Shown piece by piece: positions 50,101 to 64,000 of a DNA stretch of 64,000 nt. The translations under genes were made by a program, and so were the position numbers. The DNA comes from Raillietiella orientalis (Eukaryota). The notes under the pieces were generated by a model, which worked only from the letters and a program-made list of their open reading frames with translations, had not been told where the DNA came from and did no database searches. Within the stretch, counting starts at the first letter, position 1. Every line of letters begins with the position of its first letter. Location: the NCBI GenBank assembly GCA_036172245.1, contig JAYWIR010000005.1, positions 3,906,001-3,970,000 of the forward strand. Direction: 5' to 3'.

Positions 50101-52770
50101 CCTTGTTGAGATGGCCTTCCTTAGGCACTGTTTGTCCGGCTTGATGACCAGCCACAGCTCAAATACGGTGAATGCGAAATGGAAAACTGCTAGCTGCAAA
50201 CCAATATGTGTGTATTTGCCTGTGACTCGAGCAGCTGATTAGGGAAACTGAAATTTCCGTCGGTTCTTTACAGACGACACTGCATGTACGCTACACACCT
50301 ACGCCGAATGGGCGAGAAGAGTGCGTCAGGAAATAACTCTAAACGTTATCACATGCTCCGCAACCTGCTGGAAGCATTTAATGTCTTGACGGCCGGGAAG
50401 CTGTGTGATCCATGATCGTCTGCAGTGGATCATCCTAACCCCGCAAAGTCGACTAGCTATTCCACTGCGAGGGCTGCAGGTTCTCAACTGTAAGCATTTT
50501 GGCCTTGCCCGTGCAAAGGACAGGCAGTGAAGAGTCACAGAATCGCGAGCGGAGAAGATTTGTTCATTTAGGCGATCTAAGAAACCAGGTTCAGCCCACA
50601 AGAGAAAACGGGTTTCTCGCGGGACCGGTGGTATTTTCTGGATGAATCACCACCTCATCTACCTGGGGAGAGATTAGTCATGACAAGATTCGGAATTCGG
50701 CTTTAGGACAGCCTCCTTTTATGCGAGAACGGGAAGGACAAGCTGCAGAGAAAAACTGATGAAGTGTGTTGCACGATCCCACGATCCCATCTCCGAGAAG
50801 TGACCGGGGTGTTAATATAGGCTACTGTAGCTTCAGGACTTGGGATCAACACCAAGCTTTGGCGGGCGAAAGCGACCCTACACTGACTGCACAATTTCCT
50901 GGGTACGGGCGAACGAGGCAACGCCATCTTCAGATGTAAACTCTCTTGAACTATTTGTGCAGGACAAACGCTGATGCTGGTGTACATCTGAGATTTGCAC
51001 CAGAATCCCGGAATCGATGCTACTTCTCAGGGCAAACCAACTATGCTCCAACACATGTGGCATGGCACCTGCAACTAAGGAGATCCACATGGAACTCTGC
51101 AAAAAGGAAAACAAAAATCTCATTCCTGCTTCAACTATAAAAAGTCGGACATCGGTTGAAGTATTATTACCGTATAATTTGTAATATTCTGTGTACATGC
51201 TGTATGTCAAAAATAACCATTATCTCGCCCCTTGTTCCTGAGTTGCATAAGTATGTGTATAACACACAAAGGGCAAAGCAAATGGTAAAAAAGAAAAAAA
51301 AAAAAAAAAACACGCAAGAAATACATACTTCTGCATTGAAGCTGTAATGGAATAAATTTTCTCCCTGAACCTTCGATTCATGCTTCCAAAACGAAAAATG
51401 GAATCTTGAAAACGCGCAAAGAAAACGAAGTTAAGCATTTTCTTAGCGAACTTCCCAATTCATTTAGAATCCTTTTAAGAAATTTAGGCTCTTCCTGCCT
51501 TCACTGATTCTTCACTAAAAAAGAAAAAAAAAATGGAAAGATGACGTTGTGACTACTCTTCCTTTGTAGTATCTCACGACTCTTCCATGTATGTCCATTT
51601 GGAAACCAGTTTTCTTGCTGAATAACCACTTTCCTTGTGCAGAAAAAAAAAAAAAAAAAAAAACTTTTTCCTCTGACACACAATAATAATAATCAGAAGC
51701 TTCCACAGAGATCCGTGGCTGCTCCCCGGTCTGTAATCATCTCCCAGCCTTGACAACCACAAGTCGTTTGAACGCCACTAAGGTTTCACCAATACGTCGC
51801 ATTCGAGGTATTCCGACACAAACACCATACCCGTGACAGAGGCCAAGTGGTGTTCTGCTAAGAGCTAAGGACATCTGCATCAACGACTAATGCCCACGGA
51901 TAATTTTGTAGGCAGCTCTATTGTAGAATTACACTTGCCAGGTTCGGAAACAAAACAAGCAACACTCGCATGTAATGCGAGTACCAAACACCAAAAACGT
52001 CAGTGAAATAGCAGAAGCTCGGATTAGGGCTGTTTACATTGAATTTCAGCACGGAACATTACTAAGACACAGATACAGTCTCTTTACACATGATTTCCAA
52101 CTTATCATTTATGTGCCTGTTTTCACAATGGACTTTCCATAATACTCACATGGTACAAACAGTTACCTGAAATGTACTCTGCAACTTTGAAGACCCCCCA
52201 AATACAAATGGGGTTTTCAAGAGGAAATACGGAGATGCACAAATGAGCTCATCTACACCTCTTTTTTCGCGCAGTTTCCATTTAGACGAATCCTAATTAT
52301 CGTGTGCTGTGGGGATTGCTGTGCTTGCTTACATCTCACGAAACAGACACCAGTTAAAGCGTTAGCTTCCTAATTTTTTGCCTTTCCGAGTCCCCATTTT
52401 TACAATACAATGTATCTCTGTACTCAAAGATCACGTCAGCCATCAACTCTTCGTGACCAATAATTACTCTCCTTGCCAACTGCAGAGTGGAATAAAATCG
52501 TTGGCAGTACTGCCATGGCATTCAAGTAGGGTTTGTTTGTTTGTTTGTTTGTTTCGTTTTCCCCCTCTCTCCCCTAGGACTTGGGGTCTGGTAGCGCGCC
52601 ATCCTCGGTTTTGTCACCATCATTCGTTAACGGCGTCACTGAAAAATCGTTTTCGGAAAGAACACAATTCTGAGATGCGACCAAGCACGCTGTGGTCTTT
52701 GCCAACCTTGCCAGCCTCGCATAAAATCAACTCGAAACTTTCATGCCTTTGAATAGTGAGTATAAAAACT

Positions 52771-52776
52771 TTTATT
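52771..52776 (-). terminator. Candidate PI4KB polyadenylation signal AATAAA
   Basis: TTTATT on the + strand about 540 nt downstream of the PI4KB stop. Confidence 0.45.
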
Positions 52777-53312
52777 GCATTACATGAGAAACAACAACGC
52801 GTTCAGGAAAGTCTTGGCCACAACCCCCTTCAAATGCCAGAATATTCCACTTCAACAACAGAATCAAGTACTGCAGCAATTCAACCTAAAAACAACACCC
52901 CACAATGAAGCATCATATATTATCGGCTGAATCTGCCGGAATGGAAGGAAAACAATGAAAAGCATGCAAATCATGTTGAAAGTAATCATACTGAAATGAA
53001 CTGAAATTGAAATTTGGCATTCAGTGTGTCATAAAAACAACGTTTTCCATTATATCATTACACATTTCAATCAATAATTCATACCTTTGATGGTACACTA
53101 CACATTTTATAAAATCAACACCGTACGTCTTTCAGAAATAGCTGCAGAGATCACACCAAAAATTAGAGTGCACTTTGTTTCCTTGAACTCTTTTAAAATG
53201 ATTTTGTACTAAACTATAAAACTCTTATTGTAAACATGAATAGTCACAAATTTTAACAAATTTCATTTTCATATTAAAATAATTATAAAACCATACGGAA
53301 CATCTGAGTATT

Positions 53313-57045
<3,733 letters not shown>

Positions 57046-57849
57046 ATCATTTGCACTGATATTAAACAGTCAAATTTTGCCATCAAAATATTTGTTGTGA
57101 CTTCAACCACTGAAAGAGTGATTTGCTTTGAATACAAATCAATGACAAAAAATTATCCTTGAGCAAACCACTTGGGACTAGAATGAAAGAATTTCACAAA
57201 TTTTTACACTCATTTCACTGTCTTCAAGTACTTTGTTTGCATGTGCATCAAAACTCTCGAGTTTTAGACTTGCCCCACCGTGCTGATGAGGCATTCATCT
57301 GAAACGATTCTTGCAGATGATTCTCACATGAAAATTCAGTAAACAATTCCTATATTATATTACACCAATCACTCTTACGGAGTATAATCGGCAAGATTCA
57401 AATAATAAGCCTGCAGGAAAACAAATATTACACTGGGGGAAACTGAGGTTGAGAAACATCTTAAGATCAAATATCTGCGGGTTATTGGAATCAATAGGTA
57501 GCAAGCATTTTTTTACAGTATTTGGAAGCTTCCACGTCTGTCAAATTAATAGTCCTATATATATTACACAACTGAAGGGAAATTCCGTTTAAAAAAGAAT
57601 AAGCTGTCCATATCTAACTCGGGCTCCTATCTAAACTCGGACTGCCCAATGTGTTAGAATGCACGAGGGCTGAACAACTGTTATCTTGGGAATTCTGGTA
57701 GGACCTCGGGAACGAACTGTGGGGACACTCCTGAAAATTCTGGATCTGATCTTACTCAAAACTCTGGATGCACCCGGCAACGAATTTGTGAAACCTTCAT
57801 CCTCCTATTTACACGTTTCTTTGGGGGTTATATTTCAAACATTTCTCGA

Positions 57850-58850
57850 TGCCTTCTTGTAATGCACAACACTTGGGTGTCACCAAGAAAAAAAAGGGGG
57901 GGCATGTCAGTCAGCTTCGGGAATGCCGTAGCAACCACATGTTTGCTCAAACGAAAATCAAAATAAACACAGCCCGACATATGTTTGCATGGAGAGCATT
58001 CGTTGGCAACCGTAGTCCGGTAATCGCGGAATGCTCACGGGAGGGTGGTTTCGTGTGTTCCGCTTACTTTTATCAACTCACGAGGCTCCCTTCGGAGGCC
58101 AAAACTACAATTCTCGAAAACGCCAGTTTTGTAATCTCCTCCCGAGTATGCTGCAATCCATCCCTAGCCGCCGCTGCACACTTGCACGTGCACGGCAACT
58201 GCGTTTCCCTCCAGCATCAGCATCGGATCCCAGGAATTTCCCCCCGCAACGGGGGAGCAGGTCAAAAATTGATCACGGAAGCGCTCGAGACACAAAGCTG
58301 TCGTGAACGAACCGGGGAGAACCAACTTTTTTTTATATCTGCCTGTTTCCACAGCCCAATCCGGGAAATTCTTTCCCACTGGTGTGCATTTTGCGTTTCG
58401 GTACACTCCCACGTTCGGTTGTTGCAGAATAGGGCACGCGCCGCCTACTCGCGCCGGGCGTGCGTGGTCTGCGGGCGCCGGGCGACCGGGGCGTGGAAAT
58501 TCTGCGGCCCAGCCGAAGAACCCCCCAGGGGGGCACCACGGCGAGCAGGTGACCAGGGGGGCAGGGGGGGGGGGAGAACACTTTCCGGGATCACTCTTGG
58601 GGCGCTTGGGTGCGCGAGCCTCTCCTGCGAGGGAGCTGTCTGGACGCGCTGGGGAAGCAGCCGGTATTGATTGAAGACAGGACGGGTGGAAACAGGTAGG
58701 AGCCCGCTCGAGCAGGCAAAAAGTGGCAAAAAGAAGAATTCGTAACCACTCGGATGTAATTCTGATTCTCACACACACGTGCGTACCACCGGTTCCATAA
58801 CAGCAACGACACGGGCGCGCAAGTGAACACCGTCAAACTGTTGGTGTCTT
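57850..58850. promoter_or_regulatory. GC/CpG-rich island upstream of PI4KB (candidate promoter; could be an insertion)
   Basis: Sharply more GC- and CpG-rich than the AT-rich flanks and lies 0.8-1.8 kb 5' of the PI4KB ATG. Boundaries approximate. Confidence 0.4.
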
Positions 58851-61800
58851 GATCTCATCAGCCTCTGTGTTGGTAGTTTGTTTATACTTGGATTTCCTTT
58901 TTTTCTTTCCGACTCGAAAGTCAATAATAACAGAAATTTGTTGAAAAGGAGATGCTTTATTAAAAAGACGAAATGGATTATTCATCAATTGCTGATTCAG
59001 GTGAAGTGTTATAGGAAACCTTATGGCATGCAGACTTCAAAGCAGCAAAAAATCTCATGCTAAGATGATGCTTCCTCAGTCAGTCTTGAATGGATTCCTT
59101 TGAGGTCCATTCCTTTGGCTATCCGGTGCTCCTGATGTTCCACTATCTTGCGTGCAAGAAAAGCTGTTGAGCTCCTAAAAGTATCCAGATCAAGATCAGA
59201 GATTTCAATTTACGAAACCAAACAATAACAAACTATCGCTTGTTAATAGTCTCTCCATACAGCATTTCTTAAAACGAGTAACTGTCACCAATCTAATGCA
59301 CAATTTTTGCATATGGCGTGCCGGCTTGATCTTACAGTTCCCAAGGTGTACCCTGCATTTGATGTCACCCCAGTGAGGCAATAAAATGCAGACTCCATCC
59401 CCATGATCTCATAGACGCATTAAAATGATTTGCAGATTGAAAATCAAACTTAAAAGCCAATTTGTTTCGATTTTTTTTTTTGGGGGGGGGGGGGAGGGGG
59501 GTCGAATACTTTTGAAATGTTTTCACAAAGACGTTAATAATGATTTTGGCCACTCGTCTTCTTGCTAAACACAAACAACTTCGTGTCTCGTAACACTTGG
59601 TTTCTTAGGGAAGTGTCCGGATTCATCAGCAAACTGCTATGAATATACTATGATATATACTCTCAATCGCTTCATTGCTTCTGCTACTGTAATGTATCCA
59701 GGAATGTACTTTTGAATTATTCCTGATGTAGGGTATGCGTTATATTCCGTACAGATATCAATTGCACAGATACCGATTCCTCAGATATGGAGGATCCACA
59801 CGAATTCAGCCAACTGCAAAAAAAAAAAAAAATCAAATACTTTGGAGAGAATTCTCGAATATGGTTTTGTACTCTGCATGAAATGGTACTTCCCATAACT
59901 AGCATAAACCTGTTCGTGTTAATCTGTTTCGATTCACATGAGCTCCACCTCACATATGGGTTCTGCACGAAAAAATCAAATGAGAAAAATGAAAGATTAC
60001 TGATAAGAAATATGTTTGCTGATGGTAATATTCCATGTTGGCGGGAACGACTTTTTGTTTTGTATTGAGTAAAGCTTAGAATAACGAAGCTTCGTATGCT
60101 ACTTTACGTAGACATCACACTACATTTTCCTTCTGATTTTTAAATTCGAGATTTCTTCGTTTTAAAAAAAATACTTCCACAGTCAAATGGACCAAGAGTT
60201 TTTTTAACATTAACGAAGTATTACTCACATGTTTTTCCCCAAACTTCCCCATCGTTTCCGTAAGTTATATTATTATGGTGGGAAACCGTATTGGATTCCA
60301 ATTTAGGGGAAGCGTCTATACATCTACATATGGACACTGAGTTTGCTATTTAGAAAAGTTTGCGTTTTCTAAATGCTATTTAGAAATACTTGAGAAGGTG
60401 GAGAAAATTCCATCTTTGACAGGAAAAAAATTAGAAGTCAGTTAAAAGTACGGTGACCTGATAATATCTTTTTCTTAGCATACAAGGTTTCATTGCAGTA
60501 AACTTTGGAGAACTACAACAGGTAAAACATTGGTTTTTCTCAACTAAATTCAGATCGATTCACACTAGCATAAAAGTTGAGATACATCGTATACTCTAAT
60601 TATAAGGAATAATACATCAACACACTTAGGGACCATACATAATATAAGACATTCGAATACCTTTCATGCAAGACCATCTCCTGTTCTCCTGACAGAAAAT
60701 AGGAAACAAGGCATCTAATTCAAAGTAGTTTCGGTATCACAAAACCATGTTGCCATTTCTCTGACACAACATCGTGAAGGTAATGGTACGAGCTCGATTT
60801 CAAATAATGTTACATCCAAATCAAAGTTCCGAAAAATTTACATCAAATTCATGATATATCTGTGTTATATTTGAAATGTGCGTTCACAGTTGCTATCTTT
60901 TCCAGTGGAAAACACAAGCAATTCTGGAAGATTTTCGATTATCGTTTTATTATGGTTTTGTTTTTAAACTTACATGTGCAAAAGCTGTTCTTCAAGGCCA
61001 CCACACATACTTCTTGCTTTCTTATCAACTTCATTTTACATTAACACTTAATTGCCATTAATGAAGAACTGATAAAGCCCTTAATATCCAGTGCACTCCT
61101 GCAGATAATTAATTTGCACCTACGACAGCAGGTTGTGAAGTCTAAATTCGAGATAACTTCTAATACTTTGAAGCTCAACATATAAATGAAATACCAGTCA
61201 GATTAATTACATTTATGGCTTATATTCAACAACGATATTTGTGATGTAATCAATTGTGTTACGTAAAGACGTTTCGATTTAGTTGCGTAACAGTGATGCT
61301 TTTATTCAAGCATCCGATTTGCAGAAATGAAAGTGTGGATCGTGTGTATCATAGATCGTTACATAAAGAAACTCATATATTGGATCACATGGCAGCGGAC
61401 CAAAATCACGCTTACAAATCCTAATTAATAAAGTGGAACTACGGCGAGCACGAGTAAAAGATCCATTCCATGATTCTACTTAGCATGACGAGGAATAGAA
61501 TCCAGATTTGAGCATTAATGTTATCATGAATATCCACACATAAATATAAGTAAGCAGGACTTTTACATCAATTCAGCCAAAAACAGAAGCATTTAAAGCA
61601 TTAACTCTTTTACACTTCATAAGAGATTCAATCTCATTATCGACTTATAACCAAGGAGCCATTGATGTTTTTTTCATTTTTATAGACGGCTCATATCTGT
61701 GATACAGAGTTCTCAGCAAGGAGTCAAACGCATCAGGATTCAAGATACATCTCATATAGTTCAGGCAAGAGCCTCCTTGATCGGAAATAGAACTCATTTT

Positions 61801-62273
61801 TATGAAATTTATATTTGAAATGCTGTATACAATTTGAGTTCTTAATAAGAATCCAAAAAGCCTTTCCAGGATACTTAATTTTATGACTGTTTCACTAGAA
61901 ACGGTCACTTAAATTCTAATGAACAAAGTAGGAAATTCAGCTTTATGTGTATCCAATATTGAAATATAAGAGGGTTACATTGAAAAAGGAATTTAGAACA
62001 AATGTGAAGTCCTTACTCACAGACCATCTAAAATATTTTTTTTTTTTTTACTTCATATGAAAGAAAAGTTTCTTGAATGTGAACTGTTTTTTTATTAAAT
62101 GATACTAACTCATCTTATTCTGCTCTAACAGTGTTCTTTCAAAGTAAACACCTAAAATGAAACCTCATGGAGGAAAATAAAGAACAGGAAAACCAAGAGA
62201 GGTAAGAAAAAATACGCGAAAATATCTCAAATAAGTTTCTTGTCTGTCAACTTATATTACATTATGCTTATAT

Positions 62274-62315
62274 TACATTATTCTAGCCGTTATAAATAAC
62301 GGCTAGAATTACATT
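62274..62315. repeat. Perfect 14-bp-arm palindrome flanked by TACATT direct repeats
   Basis: TACATT-ATTCTAGCCGTTAT-AA-ATAACGGCTAGAAT-TACATT. Confidence 0.85.
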
Positions 62316-64000
62316 TCCTGAAATATGAACGAAGGCTTGAAAATTCCTTGCTACCAGTGAGCACGATCCAAAATCGAATTCTGATCATGGCATGTATTCA
62401 TTCAAAGGTAATTAAATCCTACAAGTCTCCAAAAGAATTTTGCAAGGATTATTTTGTATGTGTGTTCACTAATCTCGTTTGTCAACGAAATAAAAATGAA
62501 TTAAATATGAAAGTAACAGTGATCATGAAGAATAAGTGCACTGTTGTAGATGAAAATTAATCTTTACACTGGGAGCCTGAAATTTAGAAATTTCACACAT
62601 TTTCCCATACATTTACTTTGCAACACGAATTATATGCATTCGGGTTGCAATTATACTAGAAGAAAAAAATTAGTAATACAATTCAGCTTATCGAAAAATA
62701 CAGAACTCAGTTAGCTATATCAGTTCGCTTTTTAATATGAATTTTCATAATGATAATTTATATATTATTGTCATCAACATAAAATATTATATTAACATTC
62801 CAAATGAATTCAGCATTCTTCAATAGAAAGTCATAATCGATGCATTTTCAAAGTTGCAAAATAATACGATAGCTCATTAAGTTAGAAATACTTATGTTTT
62901 CTTCAAAAGACATCAAACTTTAATAAAACAATCCTTTTAAGGAATCATGCTGTTGAGAAAGCCTTCTGTAACACTTTCCACATATCATTAATTACTGAAA
63001 AGCCACCTACAATATTACAAATCAATTATATTAATCAGTTCTATTATTTGCACAATCAATGGGGTGTTTTATCACCGTCGTGGAAGTCCGAACCGTTGTT
63101 TCACCTGAACAGATATGAATATGCTAAGATTGTTAGAATTTGCTGGAATTTTTAAATTAGAACCTAATTGTTCTAGATTTATAAACGACAAAGGAACGAA
63201 TAGTCGATATAAATACTCAATATAGTCCGAATCTATAACATAAAATTATTTTCATTTCATTCTTGATTTGATTTTATATAGAATGCAATATACATTTCCC
63301 ATACATAAACATTCTGTATAATATGTGATACTCTTCCAACAAATGAATTTGTTCTCATACACAAATGATTTTTGCGATTTTATTGAAATCGTTTCAATCA
63401 AAAGAATATCTGATTAAGAGCCATTTCTCTTTCCCATGGATTTTATGCTAATTTCCTGTGTATCAAAGACATTTCCTTTTCGTGAATTTTCAGGTTGTGA
63501 GAGAACTTTGTTTCAAAAGGGAAAACTCTTGTTTTGCAAAAGGATTGAAAACTTAAATCACAATCATCACAGAGCTGTCATGCATTACACTGAAAATGCT
63601 GTTCTTACCATGATATATTTATGCATAATCCTTCAAGAAATATGATTACAATCGATCAAGTTTTTTAAAAAATGGAATAAAATCGAGAATAATTTGATTT
63701 CGATGCCAAATTTACGTTTTATTCTTTTTTATATAGACTGATCATTTCAACATGTAACAGATTTAGGAGTCTCGGATTGTTTTTGGAGATCAGAAAACTT
63801 GTCTTTGAGGAATTGATGATATGATAAACACGTAATTTAGTGCTAATTTTAACCCATTTAGTTTTCTAGTTAATATGTTCGAGGTTTCACTAAAGTTAAT
63901 TCTTTGTAAGGATACTCTAACGCATCTGTCTGCACTTGGATAAGCTAAAGAAATTCAATCAATTGGAATTCACGGAAAAATTCAGATGTCGATCGTTAGT

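Noticed and set aside
57849..58778. ORFs of 273 aa (+) and 204 aa (-) in the GC island
   Set aside because: No recognisable motifs; explained by local GC richness.
60980..61005. Histone 3' stem-loop-like ...TTCAAGGCCACCA
   Set aside because: The 5' arm does not pair and there is no histone ORF upstream.

Overview
Eukaryotic genomic DNA, most likely an arthropod (inferred from the invertebrate-type PI4KB insert and very short introns). Three blocks. (1) About 1-20 kb is GC/CpG-rich and carries a spliced + strand gene that the ORF track does not show as a unit. Its coding exons are 4793-4995, 18531-18704, 18761-18926, 18981-19065 and 19110-19385. It encodes a two-transmembrane protein with three PPxY motifs, a candidate Nedd4-family adaptor; its first coding exon was not found. 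(2) About 20-47.6 kb is a dense graveyard of decayed L1/Tx1-like non-LTR retrotransposon fragments in both orientations. It includes a zinc-knuckle ORF1 remnant and near-identical direct and inverted duplicates of already-dead sequence. (3) About 50-64 kb is AT-rich and carries a six-exon phosphatidylinositol 4-kinase III beta gene (minus strand, 53313-57045, about 727 aa). This gene has a probable GC-AG intron, an intronless kinase domain and an altered DDLRQE motif. No rRNA, tRNA or CRISPR features are supported, and almost all listed ORFs look like GC-driven artefacts. I found no clearly new multi-gene system; the strongest leads are the PPxY membrane protein, the divergent PI4KB and the repeat architecture.
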